Translations under genes and position numbers: made by a program
Notes under the pieces: generated by a model
What the model was told of the DNA's origin: nothing
Databases searched by the model: none
Seen by the model: only the letters and a program-made list of their open reading frames with translations
In this document: positions 12,001-24,974 of the stretch, one piece after another
Numbering within the stretch: the stretch's first letter is position 1
Layout of the letters: each line of letters opens with the position of its first letter
Assembly (NCBI GenBank): GCA_002104905.1
Contig: MCFE01000505.1
Location: 1-64,000, forward strand
Source: Basidiobolus meristosporus CBS 931.73
Lineage: Eukaryota; Fungi; Basidiobolomycota
DNA: 64,000 nucleotides
Direction of reading: 5' to 3'

Positions 12001-14034
12001 TAGACTCATCATCATCCCTGTGCCCTTCTTGAGAGGTATCACAGAGTTCTTCCATTGCTAAGTTTGGTGTCGCTAAAGCCTGATTACTACTATCCTCCTG
12101 ATTTTGAGCTTTACTGTGTTGGAGTTCCTCCCCATCAGGCTCGAGGTGTTCATTTTGAATATCCTCAGCGACTAAGGTGGCTTGAGAAGGTGGATTTGAT
12201 TCTACCAGAGATTGATCAATATCTATAGCTGCGTCTTCGGTAGTAGATACATTTGCATTTACAGGCTCACAGGAATTTTCAAGATCGCTTGACGGACAGG
12301 TTATTAGTTCGGAATTTGGCAGACTAGGTTGCTCGCTAATTTCCTCATTCGCCATATTAGCTTCAGCGCGATCATCTTCGACTCCCGCATGGGTATTGCC
12401 ACTGGATAACTTGGTGGTAAAGTGCACCTCACCTGGCCTTGGGATCTTCGAAAGTTGAGATATTTGCGTATTCGCTTTGAAACTAGGATCAGGCTTTTGA
12501 AGTTTGGACTCGACAGAGGGTTTGGTGCCCGATGAAGCTGTCTGCCCGTGGCCCTGGAGGGGCTTGACTGAACCAGGATTTTTTCTGCCAGAGACCGGCT
12601 TACGCAGAGTAATATTGGGAGGGGGATGTTGAAATTTCGAGGAGATTGTAGGTCTCATCTCAGGTTTATGTGCAGGAACGGCTTTTGGGGGGATAGCAGT
12701 GGCCTTTGAGCTTTGTGGAATACCACTCACTTTCGATTTTGTATCCACTACTTTGGTCTTCGTAGGATTTACACTAGCTTCTTTACGTGCAGATACACCA
12801 TTAACTAGTCGACGAGGCTGAGTATTGACAGGTTGTGATGAAGCCAATCGTTTAGAGGTGGCCTTTTGTGCTATATTAGCATCAGAGAGTGTGGATCTTG
12901 AAACAGTAGTGGAGCTCTCCGCGATTGATGTCCCTGTTCTGTTTGTGTTGTGCTTCTCTTGAGCCAGACTCGAGTCTTTATCGGATGTGACTTTTTTGCT
13001 TCTCGTAGTGGATACCAAAGGCTTGCGAAGAGTGACAGGCTGCTTTAGCTTGGCTATTCTGGGAGCTGGCACAGCTTTGTTTTGGCTGAGATCTGGTTTG
13101 ATACCAGACCTTTTATCGACGGATTTCTCTCGACTAACTGCAATCTTTTTCCGATCTTGTGATTCGCCAGAACTTGCCACTATACGTCTCTTCTGTGTTG
13201 ACGGTAGCGGATTACTGCTGCTGTCGCTGTGCTTCATAGGGGCTTTTCCTTTCCCTGCGATGCGTAAGCCGACTTTTTTGGGATCAGCTTTGGAATCTTC
13301 AGGTACATGCTGTTTATCTACTTTGAGGTGTGATGTAGATGCTTGATTACTAGATATCGTTGAAGCAGTATCCGGTAATGCGGCTATAGTGTCTGCTTCA
13401 TTTGTCACTCCCGTACTTATTGAAGGCTCTGCTTCGGATGCTTCAACCTTTCGTAGGTCTGAGTTTTCGATTTGATTGTCGTCAGTGGTTTCCATTGCCA
13501 GACCATCAGAAGAATCTGAAGGCGAAACTAGCTCAGCCTTGTCCGTGGATGTAGTATCGGATATATCCTCCTTGGCCTCTATTAGATTATGTGATGCTTC
13601 TTCGCTGCGGCGAATATTCAATATACGCCTCCACCACCTTTGGAGCACAGGGGCAACTTTCTCTATACGTTGCAAACGAGCCATAGCTGACAACTCTTCG
13701 GAGCTGATCTCATCTCCACCAAAAAAAACATCTTCTTCGTCGACCTCCATATCAGCAGTTGTCGAAGTGCTATTTAAAGAATCGTCAATGAGAGTCGGAA
13801 CTTGTGTACACAAAAACGAGGCAAGAATCTTACTGGCTATCAAGTGCAGCAATCTCCTCGGAGGAGCCTTCTTCCATTCTGTAACTAATATATATGCATT
13901 AGCTTGGCCTCGGAAAGGGCAGGGCGTTAACGTGAATATACATACCTTTCGTTTTCGTCGAGTTCGTTGTCAAGGTCGACAGCGTTTCCTCTTAGTCTTC
14001 CGGCAACTGTGTGACGCCGTTTATGGCCAATCAT
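9028..14034 (-). CDS. Large (~1650 aa) intrinsically disordered protein of unknown function, split by a 1-nt frameshift near 11449
   Basis: Proposed ATG at 14034 with two short 5' GT-AG introns. ORFs 11414-13852 and 9028-11457 share the same acidic repeat across their junction. There is an IQ-like LQRWWRR near the N-terminus and a structured-looking C-terminal motif (NSGYHLATL...RPPSP; KRVNWDPLL). Confidence 0.7.
11230..11720 (-). repeat. Degenerate coding repeats of about 69-75 nt (EEQVDSSQGKVNEECENTAIGTDTA)
   Basis: GAGGAATCGACTTG recurs at 11357 and 11432 (75-nt period), with more degenerate copies on both sides. Confidence 0.8.
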
Positions 14035-14509
14035 GATGTGAATTAATCGAATGTTCTCAACAATAACAATTGAGCTAAAACTATAAAGTTGGCTAAGAAA
14101 CTAAAGGAAGTGCGCAGAGGGCCCGACAATGTGCAGGTATTTTCACCAAAATTAATGCTATTGTTTACGGATTATTGACTTGGAACGGATGGATGCTATT
14201 GGTGGAAGGAGACTGGTCCATTTGTTTACATTTCTTCGACTACAGTAAATACCCGAAAGTAAATTGGGTTTTTACTCGACTCCACAGTTTATTCAATCCA
14301 CATGCACTATCCACTACAAGGACCATAATCAAATTTTGTGTTTAATTATTCAAAATAGACAAAATTTGCCAGTGAGTAGGTGATATAGGAATGAATTAGA
14401 TCGGCTGAATTAAGTAAAATAAAATGAGGATGTATTAAATAATGGCTAATGAGGGCCTGATGGGTACTAGCCACAACCATGCCCAGGACCGGTATAGAAA
14501 ATTGAATCC

Positions 14510-15504
14510 TCACGCCCAAGGCTCCAGACAATGTTTAGGGAAGACCCCTTTGACCTTTCCGCGGGTTTCGTTGATACCTTGGGCCCAACCATCGTTGTAC
14601 TCGCAAAGTATGGTCACCATATCGCCGGGAAGAACCTCTATCTCATCGCCCAAAGTAGGAGTATAAGTACTGACCACAAGGAATGGCCCACTTGAATCAG
14701 GTGCTTTTTCTGTTGGGACGTAGCCGCTTATCAAACCACTCGAATTGCTTTCCAACGTGGCGACTTCATTCATCTGAGCTTTGAGCTGGCGAGAAACAGA
14801 GCGTTTACGTACTATGAACAACCCTGCCGCCAGGAGGCCTACACAGCCCGCAGATGCTAGACCCGCAATAAGCCCCTTAGGGACGCCGTTACTATCAGTC
14901 TTGGTTTGGTTGCCTGAAACCTCAACTGCGGCAACTATCGATTCGTTGCCTTTTCCTTGCTCCAATTTCTTGGCCGCCTTTTTTCCTATTATTTCGTGGT
15001 TGTGCTCTGCGATAAATACACGAGTAATCGATCAGCTTGCCAAGATCGTTTAATCAATCGAAACTGCAAGATATCCTTACCAGCGGAAGTGTCCTTTTGG
15101 AGGCCACTACATTGAACAGTCTTATTACCAACATCACATAGGAATTTTTTACTCTTGCTATTCTCTGCATAGCACCCATGAACCTTTCCTGACGGTGTAT
15201 TCGACCAAGGGTTACAGCTCACCGAGTTTCCCTTTTTATCTATACTGGAGGCCGTGGGAACGCTATCTACCTTACAGAAGCCTCGAATTTGTTTGTCTTT
15301 TCCATGAGGCTTGGCCAATTGGCACCAAGGCCTTCCGGGGGAGTCGACTTCGATGCAGCCAAGGTACTCCCTCTGCTTGTAGTGGAAGGCAGGCGCACAT
15401 AGGTTGTATTCTACCTGTGGAAGCTTATCGAAAATTGCATTTTTTTGACCTAATGTCAAGCTTGTAAATAGCGTAGTGGCAAGTAGGGTTAAAGACAACC
15501 GCAT
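14510..15504 (-). CDS. Type I membrane protein: signal peptide, two Cys-rich FN2-like modules, TM helix, C-terminal SH3
   Basis: GT-AG intron 15080-15007 joins ORFs 14989-15504 and 14510-14965 in frame. TM: GLIAGLASAGCVGLLAAGLFIV-RKR. SH3: YTPTLGDEIEVLPGD..YNDGWAQG..GVFPKHCL. Confidence 0.85.
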
Positions 15505-16132
15505 GGTAATGTAAACGCTTTAGGGAAAAAGAGTATTAGTGTGGACAGGTTGCTAGGAAAGAGAAAGTACTGATACAAGACACCGGGAGAGGTGGACTCT
15601 TCTGGAGCCAGTCAAGTGAACAGAAAACACCAATGCGGAAAAATGACAAATAAAGTGGTTTGAAAAGTTGTAGGGGCGAGAAAAGAGGGGGAACGCTAGG
15701 TAGAAAGATCATATAACCAGACTGAGGATCTGTTTGCACGTTTTGTCTTAATAATAGAATGCATGCATTACAACTACCCATTTATATGTAGGGAAATATA
15801 TTTTGGTACACCGTTTGGGTTACCAAACTCAGCTCCGCGTGTAACAAAGCTCATAAATAGGGTGTTATTCAAGACGAGGCAATTAACTACTGTAACATTT
15901 ACATCTACAGCTTAGTCAGAGTGAAGGCAAATCCATGTCATTGTTCGTGGACGCATTGCTTTGTTTACTTGGCATGTGGTTCTAAGTGTACTCCTGTAAC
16001 AAAGACAGAAGAAATCCCGGTTTTTATGTACGCTGTGTGCGATCCATCAAGGCTCATCTGCTTTATGCTAAGCGTAATGCCTATTAATCAATCGCACCCT
16101 GCTAATCACAGCTAGTTTTCGATAGCTGCACA

Positions 16133-16537
16133 TTAGCGCATATATGCATATGCACAACATAAACGGTGACAATAACATTGATGGTTTATTTTAGATGCAC
16201 ATGTGTGTGTTGATTCTTTTGTGGATATTGCATCATAACTAGGGAGCCGCTCACTACTGTATGGTGGGACTGGATCTATACTCCACACTGGTTGATATAT
16301 AATTAACATGGCCGACTCCTCCGACAATTCGTCCTCGCAGTCCTGCCAAGGAAACAGCCTGATGGCACACAGGTTAGCAATAGTGAGTCCAAGAAGACAT
16401 ATACTAAACCCTACAAAGGTGGCCACTAGGCCGTGAGATACATCTGGGGGTAGGGTTGGAGTAATGGGGTAAGGGCTGGCATGGCAGCCATCCAAATAAA
16501 AAGGAACCATTATTGAAATAACAAGTCTGAACGACAT
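16133..16537 (-). CDS. Small single-pass membrane protein with PPxY/LPxY motifs
   Basis: 134-aa ORF with a true ATG, a signal-like N-terminus, TM GLVATFVGFSICLLGLTIANL, and cytosolic PVPPYS and LPSYDA. Confidence 0.55.
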   Translation of the reverse strand: MSFRLVISIMVPFYLDGCHASPYPITPTLPPDVSHGLVATFVGFSICLLGLTIANLCAIRLFPWQDCEDELSEESAMLIIYQPVWSIDPVPPYSSERLPSYDAISTKESTHTCASKINHQCYCHRLCCAYAYMR

Positions 16538-16859
16538 ACTAGGCTTTTACGCGACGAAGAGAAAGCCAGAGAAATATATATTTAACCTGTAACTATGCAA
16601 ATGAAACAACGTATCTAATGTTATTCCACAACGGAAACAGTTTTGCGTGATGCACAAAGTTAATCATATTCGCCTAGTAATATTCAAAGCTAAACATGTA
16701 GGTAAGCGTAATCACGAAGTTATGAAAAATAACAGCATAGAATATTCGCCCTAAACCCGTTGGATCTGAGCCAGTCCCCTGTCACGTTTTAAAAATCAGA
16801 TCTATTAAAGCAAATTAATATTCTGGCGAGTCTTTCTCTCTCGTTCAATAAGGTTCAAC

Positions 16860-17348
16860 ATGGTACGTCCACTTTAATCATTTTCGAGCCAGCAACCAAG
16901 GTGGAATGACGATGGATGGATGAATGGAGCATTAGATTTGGATAAACTGTTAGTTTTGGTTGTTTGGTTGCTGGTTCCACGTTTTAAAGCGGATGCGCCC
17001 AGAACTATCACTTACTTACTCCATCATTTGTAGGCCAAGAAGGACGCCCCTGCCAAGCCCAGCTCCGGAGGAAAGAAGACTAAGAAGAAGTGGTCCAAGG
17101 GAAAGGTCAAGGACAAGGCCAACAACTTGGTTGTCTTCGACCAAGCCACTTTGGACAAGTTGATGAAGGAAGCTCCTACCTACAAGCTCATCACCACCTC
17201 TGTCTTGGTTGACCGCCTTCGTATCAACGGTTCTCTTGCTCGTGTTGCTCTCAGAGAATTGGAATCCCAAGGTTTGATCCATAAGGTGTCTACCCATGGC
17301 TCCCAATTGATCTACACTCGCGCTACTGCTGTCGAAGAAACTGCTTAA
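16860..17348 (+). CDS. RPS25: 40S ribosomal protein S25 (eS25)
   Basis: ATG-only first exon (16860-16862) and intron to 17033, then [44 protein letters not shown]. Confidence 0.97.
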
Positions 17349-17729
17349 TATCCCCAAACCATTCATAGACATGCACCAATAAATCGTTCTAGCCCGACAT
17401 ATTTTACCATGATGCCCAGTTGTTACTTTCAATATTGTATGCACATATGCTGAATAAACTAATGTACCAGTCATGTTGAGCACTGTATGTCCAATCCGCC
17501 ATCGTGTTTATCAAGTCGGAAAACTAAACACAACATTAAGTCGACTCACGGGTGGATTTTTTACAAATCAACGGTAAAAAAATTTATTTAGATGCTTTGG
17601 ATTTAGTTTTTTTTTTTGGCTCCAATATTTTTCTTGTTAATTCGAAAGCTAATTTCGGTCCAATATCTAGATATTATTGAGGCCTAAGTGTGAGTCTAGC
17701 GTTGACCCGCCATAACACACCCAGTCCAA

Positions 17730-20700
17730 ATGTCTACTACGCTTTCACTCTTCTGGGATCTTGCTGCTGTTGACGCCAAAACACGTCAAGCTGCAGTAAA
17801 AAAGCTAATCATCTCTTTAGTTTCCTTCCAGCAAGCCTTCAGGGATGAGAAGGGAAGTGAGTACGAGGCCCTTTTGAAAGAGCCTATCACCGAAGAGCGT
17901 TTGGACGTTCTCTGTGCTCAGGATGTATCCTACTCTATCAAGCGTTTGATTCGTGGTCTTCCTAGTTCAAGACAAGGTGCAAGACAAGGCTTTGCTCTGG
18001 CTCTGACCGAGGTACTTGAGACACAGTGGCTCCCATGGCTATCTTTCGAGATCCACTCTAACTTTATTTTCTTTTGCCCTCGCTAGCTTTTATCGTTCCT
18101 TGACTTCATTCCAGTGAAAGTGATTATCGACTTGATTTTTAAGCATTCCGAGATAACCGGTAGCATGAAGGGCCAAGAGGAGCGTGATATGCTTTTCGGT
18201 AGAATTTTTGGTTTCATGGCTATCATTCAGTCCGGAATGCTTTCACGCGACTCAACTGAACTTGCTGATACACAAAGACTAGTGGAGAGCTTAGTTGAGT
18301 ATTCCAACGCTAAAAGTTACTTGAGAGAGCCCTGCTATCAGCTCATCATTGCCATGCTTCCCCACGTCCAGAGACTCTCTTTCAAGGACGAGCTTCTCAA
18401 CTACATTCTTTCGGAGGCTCTCAAGGGCGGTGTAAAGACTCCGGAAGAAATCGACCTTGCACTTTCTATGCAATCTCAATTCTCCCTTGATTGGCCAGCT
18501 TTGTTGCCCCATTGGAAGCATGGTGAAATCTTGCATTCTTCCAATCTTCACAAGCTCGCGCTTATTTTGAAGGAAACCTCCACTGAAGAGCCTCAATTGT
18601 TCTCCAGCTGGCACCCTCACCTTCACTCTGTCTGGAAGAGAATCCTTGGATTGTATCTTGATGCTTCCCTCGAGGCACCTGTGACACCAGGCGTGAAGAA
18701 AAGCAAGAAGTCGAAGGCTGCTGTTGCTCCCGTTACTAAGCGTGCGCCATTCCCTGAATTCTGGAAGACTGTTGTTGATGACGGACTCTTCAATGCCAAC
18801 TCCTCTCACGAACGTAAATACTGGGGATTCTTGGTGTTTGAAGAAGCGCTTCCCCGCCTACCTTCATCCCAGATGCCACTGATCTTCACGTCCAATTTCA
18901 TGAGATGCTTCATCAACAACCTCACTTCCGAAGATAGATTCCTCAACAAGAGCGCCAAGCATACAATGAACGTGATCTTGGAAGTTGCGGAAAACAACAA
19001 GGATGTCGCTCTCACCTTGGTCATGCAGCTCCAAGGCAAGAATGGTAACCAGCAATTTGACAAATTCACCAAGACCAAAACGGTGGAAACCATTCTTGGA
19101 TCCATGGACAACGAGGGAGTCACTTCCTACATTACGTATCTTAAGAGCGTATTCAACAATGACGCCGATTCCTCAGCAGCCGAGGATGATCGCGTGAAAG
19201 CTATTGAGGCACAGCGTTTCTGGGCAGTCGATCAGCTGTTCGCCCTAGTTCGCAACACTCGCATTCCTCGCGAGGAGTCATGGCTTTTGTCGATCCTCCA
19301 ATTCTTCTTGGTCCATTCGTTCTTCGAGGTCAACAAGGTCAATGCTAAAAGTGCCATCCAAGAGGCCCGTGTTAAGCCTACACCAGCTGTTTCGGAGGCT
19401 ACCAGGGAGCTTTGTCAAAAGAGATTCTTCAGTATGTTGGCTGAGTTGAGTCGAATCCCTCCACTCTCCAAGGTTTCCGAACTCTCCAAAGAGAACAACG
19501 CTTCCAGAATAAGCAAGAAACTTCACGGTACCATGAATGATGGTGATTTCTGGGCTTTCAAAGTTGTCGAATTGTTGTTGAAGCTTGAAAAGGATTCCAA
19601 TCTCGAGTCACTCTACGAGCTTTCCCCCGAGAGTCTTGAGGCACGTAAGAAGGCTTTGGACACTGTTAAGAAAATCAAAGATCAACTTCGCAAGTTGGAG
19701 GCCAAGGGAGACAAGCAAGCCGACTCCCAGTACAAGGCATTCGAGTTGCTCTTCCTATTCCCTATCTTACAGTTGCTGGTAGAGCCTAAGGAAGCTACCG
19801 GTGTGTTGGAGGAATTGCAAGATTGCTACCAAAGAGTATTTGCTCCAAAGAAGCCCAAGTCTAAGAAGAAGAAGACCGATGAGGATGAGGTTGAACCTGA
19901 ACCAATTGAAGTCTTGGTCGATATCCTTCTCAGTTTCCTCGCCAAGCCCTCCGTGATGCTTAGAAATTTGACCGAACAAGTCTTTGAAACCTTCTGTGAC
20001 AGAATGACCAAGACTGCCTTGGATCTTTTGTTAGACATTCTTGAGACCAAAGAGGACGTCTCTGGTCAGCAAGAACTCTTTGAAGACGATGAGATGGAAA
20101 TGGACGAGGATGAGGATGAGGATGACGAGAACGATGATGAGGATGAAGAGGAAGAGGAGGAGGAGAGTGAGGATGACAGTGACATCGAAGATGCCGTTGA
20201 TGATAATGAGGAGGTTGATGAGGAGTTGAGAGCCAAATTGGCTGCTGCCTTCGGTCAAAAGGAAGGAGAATCCGATGACGAAGACGAACTCCTCGGGGAC
20301 GAAGAGATGGCAGACTTCGATGCCAAGTTGGCCGAGATCTTCAAGCACAAGAAGATGATGAAGGCCGAAAAGAGAGATGCCAAGCAAAGCGTCATGCACT
20401 TCAAGAACAAGATCTTGGATCTGTTGGAAATCTTCATCAAGAAACAAGCTCAAAGCGAGCTCATTCTTGACTTGGTTATTCCTTTGTTGAGATTCGTCCG
20501 TAACTCTACCGCCAACACTGCCAACAAGCAAGCAGGTGAGAAGGCCACTGCCCTCTTGAAGAATAAGTTGGTGAAGGTCAAGGAAACTCCCAATGTTTCG
20601 GACCTCGCCAATGCCTGTGGCATTCTCGAAGAAATCCATCAGTTTGCTCGCAAGGCACCCAACTCTACCATGATGCAGCTCTTCAGTCACTGCAGTCTAT

Positions 20701-21314
20701 TCGTTGTTCGTGCAATCATTGCCGTCGAGGATCAAAAATCCACCGAGAAGGTTGTGGAGATTTACAAAGCCTCCCTGAACGATTACATGACCAAGAAATC
20801 CAGCAATCTTCAGCCCGCCTTCTTCCTAGACCTTCTCAACCGTTATCCCGCCCTTGGATGGGAGCTCTTTGAGAGCCTTATTGAGCTTACCAAGCCATCT
20901 GTTAGCGCGAAGGGATACAGAGAAGCTCAGGCGTACAACATGCTCTCTACGCTGATCCGTAGCCACATCAAGGATGGTGAGGAGCTCTTTATCAAATCTC
21001 TTCCCAACGTCAAATCGACCATTCTCTCGACCCTCGAATTTGCCGTTAGCGAGGAGAACAAAGGAAGCAAAACTCTGAATACAGCCCGCCTAAAGGACAT
21101 CCTCAAATTCACAAACTTGGTGCAACAAACCTCCTCGAAGAAGCTGAAGAACGACCAATTCAAGAAGACCTGGGGTCCAGTTGCCTTCGAAAAGGTCATC
21201 AAGTCGTTAATAGCTGATAAACGCTTTGAGTCCCCAGCAATCCGCACCTTCAGCCAGCAGATATTGGTACGTTTGGGGCGCAACGTTGAGTTCTTGAAAA
21301 ATAGCAAGAATTAG
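17730..21314 (+). CDS. POL5: Pol5 / MYBBP1A rRNA-biogenesis protein (DNA polymerase phi family)
   Basis: YSIKRLIRGLPSSRQGARQGFALALTE, EERDMLFGR, HERKYWGF, acidic tract, HFKNKILDLLEIF. One intron at 18012-18086. Confidence 0.93.
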
Positions 21315-21660
21315 ACTGGGCTCTAGATGGGATGGCAAGGGGACCTATGCGCCTATACATACTCTTCCCCATTGCTCAGCTGTGTGATTATTGTTCTTAG
21401 ATTATTTAGAGAGTTTATTTTCCATTGACAGAAGACCAAAGTCCTTTTTTCCTATATTTCTAGACAAATATATATGCTCATTTCTCTCCAGTAACTTAAT
21501 CTTTTCATTCTGAATAAACAGAAATCAAAAAACTCGGAGTTTGTACACATACGAGGCTTGCTTGTTTACTCCATTTTTACTTTACAAAAAGGTGGTCAAA
21601 TAGTACATAAGCAGGAGTGGTGATGCAATGGGTGTTGCTGCGTGTAGCTGCGGGTTTCCG

Positions 21661-24615
21661 TCACTTGGTAAGGGTTTTCAGGAAGCCGACAATTTCGCTG
21701 AATGAATCTGCTATGGATTTTGGTTGCTCCGCAGGTGGCTGCTCTCCTGTAGCCGCCTTCTCTAATTCAGCAATGCTGGAGAACTCGTATAGCTCACTTG
21801 CAGAACCACCACCGATCATTTCGTTGAATTGCAAGAATTCCTCCAGGATCGATACCAAACTGTGAACTGAGCATTCAGGCAGTAGACCCACGATAAGCCG
21901 CTGATTACTTTGATTCTTCTTCATGAGACATCCAAGAAGAAGTGCTACGTAGGCAACCAAAACGTTGTGATCTGTCTGCAGGGCGCAAGAAAGGGTTAGA
22001 CTCCGCAGGAAATCGTACGGGGGGTTAGCAGTAACGTACCGAGCTTGGGGCACTCTGGATACGGACGTAGAACTCTACGAGATACTCCAATGCCGGCTTT
22101 TTACCGCAACAGCAGCCCATGGCGAACTTTGCTTGACACACCCTGTTGATGCAAAATTCTACGGGAGGCTTAGTCCACGTTCACGAAGCCTGGTTGACCC
22201 ACTTACCGGCCTCTCTTATAGTATTCTTACACTCAGCATTTGCGTCTACAATGTTGATCAAAAGCCCAACGGAAAGCAAAGCAACATCGTACTTGAAAGC
22301 AGAGAGCGCTTCGTGTAGATCCGTGTTAGTGAAGGGCTCTTCGGTGCTTTGACTGAAGTCGAGTAATTGCATAATAATATGGACTCCTGGGGCCTCGGAT
22401 ATCAAATATGAGCATTTCTCATGGTCATTGGAAAGGTTTATGAGTAAACGGAGAATGCCGCTAACAGTGTCCATAGCCTGCGCAACCATCGTAGCGTTTC
22501 CTGACGACACAATTCCTTGGAAATACAGGGCCAATATGAGAAGATGTCGGTGGATCTTGCTGTTTTGGGCGATGACATCTTGATTAGCAGGGCAAAATTG
22601 CGAAGAATTTTCAAGGATTCTCAGATAGGGCGTCAGTTCAAAAGCCTTCACGGGATCCAGCTCTATCTGGCGCACACCCAGGAGTTTTTGCTCCATGGGG
22701 TCTAGCTGTTTCTCAACAATATCACAGACAACCTCTAGCAAACCCGACTCCCGAACTCTTTGTCGAATTCCCTCCTCATGGCGTGTTTTTCCTGAAACAA
22801 TGGAGAGCAGAGCACGGGCGGCGAGCGACTTGATTGATACCTGTCACGGAGATTAATCTGCTGTGTCCGCACTAGAATGATGCTTGACTTACAGTGAGAA
22901 CAACTCTGCAGGAAGCGACGATGTCGCGAAGTTCTTTGATCTAGAAAACATACACAACTCAGCGATACGCAGCAACCCAAGCAAACCATCACGTGATACC
23001 AGTCTTTTTTCCGATTTGGTAGAGCCCCAATCCAACTGCGCTAGCGGATCTGGTTCGGTAGTCAGGAGGTCTTTCAACAGCTCCATGCAATGGTCTTCGA
23101 GAGGTAGAAACTCTAGATTTCGCTTGTCTCGCATTAGAAGACAAAGCATGAGCGCCCTACACCCTAGCATGATCTAACCCTCTGGTTAATCATCTGACAA
23201 AGACACTAGACATAAGTCCAACGAAGCATACTGGGTCAATCTGGTCACGTAGCAGCTCATAAATCTTGGGGATACAGTTGTGCGCGCGAAGCTTCATGCT
23301 AAAACTTGAGGAGAGCAGTTTGCGTACAAGCTCGAGGCCACTGTAGCAATTGGCGTAAGTTTGTGGTGCAGATAATATGCAACGTGCTATGCAAACCTGG
23401 CTCTTCGAACACTCAATGCTTGCGTGGGATCTAGACCGTCCAACACGTACTCCATTTCATCGCTAAATCGTTTACTCTCACCGAGTTCTCGTAATTCGTG
23501 CTGACTCTTGATGTCAGTGGCGCACTCCTGTGTTGAAAATTGGCGGTGAATCATTTACAAGACTGCGAGCAAAGACTGATTCGTTCTTACATCAGCATCA
23601 TCAACCAAATCCCGCTCCACTGTATCTTCATCCCACCAGCCAACTCCCTCGGTAAAAGTGATTGCTCTATCGCTAGATGCAAGTAGCTTCCTAGCGAAGA
23701 TGGATTTCCTCGGGGTAGCATCCAAGTCGGTTTTTGCTCGAGAGAATGTAGGCGGGGTTGAGACAGCAGTCTCGGATGTGTCTGGTTTTTTCTGTCGATA
23801 GGTGTTTGTTGCTTTCTTTCCCTTTGAGTGACAATGGGTAGTGTCGACGTCTCTGTTTTTTTCCTTAGGTCCTTCTACTTTGATATCAGCGACACTTGGG
23901 ATTATGCTCCTACGAACTGTAATCTTGTCAGTGAATATGACTGGTGTCCAGGTGTCTACTTCAAGGTGGCCATCGTCGGAATCCGAATCATCAGATAGCA
24001 TTCCTCTTTTTGTTTTCGCTATTGCATGCTCCCCGTCTGTATGCGCTCGTTTGAGGGATTGGGCAATCTTCAAGGGCTTGGGCGTTGAGCTATGTGAGGG
24101 CACCACCTCAGGACTGCCGAGAAAATCTGCAAAAATATCTTCTAGCGAATCCTGCGACTGCTCGGGTGACTCCGTGTATTCTGAAATGGGAGTTGACCGC
24201 TTCTTGGAGAGGCGGGTCTCAGCTTGTTGGGCATTTTTCCGGGGGGTTCTGGTTGGGTTTTGTAGACTCTTAATATGTTTAGGCTTGCTTAGTGGCGGCA
24301 CTTTTGGTCTGAATCTTAAATGTGTTATACCTTGCGTTGACGTGGTTTTTTAGTAACATTGTCTTCTTCACTAGTTCTTGGCATTTGCTTACGCTCTCTA
24401 ACCCGTCTGATCAAAGAAACATATTCGTTACAAGTTATAGCACTTTTTCGAACTCCATCCTTGGTTCCCTTCTCGATTTCTTTTACAGAAGACGCTGGAT
24501 CCCATATATCGGTCTCAGTAGCGGTGGTATTTGTGAAGTTGGAGAAGGATCTTCTATTTTTTCTTCCAAACCTCACTTTAACCTCCCGGTTTCTCAGGCC
24601 AAATTCAGTAGTCAT
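21661..24615 (-). CDS. WAPL: Cohesin release factor WAPL (Wpl1/Rad61); multi-exon
   Basis: Spliced WAPL-domain motifs IKSQHELRELGESKRFSDEMEYVLDGL, ILRLLINLSNDH and VAYVALLLGCL, after a long disordered N-terminus. The start codon and the first junction (about 24331-24392) are uncertain. Confidence 0.88.
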
Positions 24616-24974
24616 CTTCCGGCGACGAAAGACCAGAGGAGAATTTCTCAAACTAAATACGCGTATCGCGTACGCTGTATTTTTGTATACTTACAAAGAC
24701 TGTTTATTAAACTTCCTTGAGACATAAATGAACCCTTTCCCAAGCCCATTTCGTAAACCTAGATCTAAGCAAATATTTACCAGCATTCCCTAGGCTGGGA
24801 TTGTGAGTGTTTATTTTGAATCTATTCAGCATTGTATTCCTCAATAACCTGCTTTGATTCTGGTTAATCACCAAACGATTTAGCCTGCTTAATTACAAGC
24901 AAAGCGCAGCATTGTTGAATTCTATACTGCAACTTCCCTCAAGCCACACATACATACACCCTCCATTTTACTAC

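Noticed and set aside
15065-15082. Other ATATCCTT/GTATCC matches (15071, 19921, 48368, 59057)
   Set aside because: They lie on the non-coding strand or inside exons and lack a U12 branch and AC partner; not minor introns.
24301-24392. Apparent frameshift in the WAPL N-terminus at an A6 run
   Set aside because: A 62-nt intron (GTAAGC...CGCAAG, 24392-24331) restores the frame, and AAG acceptors also occur in PAN2 introns here. A homopolymer error is equally possible, so it is not evidence of unusual biology.
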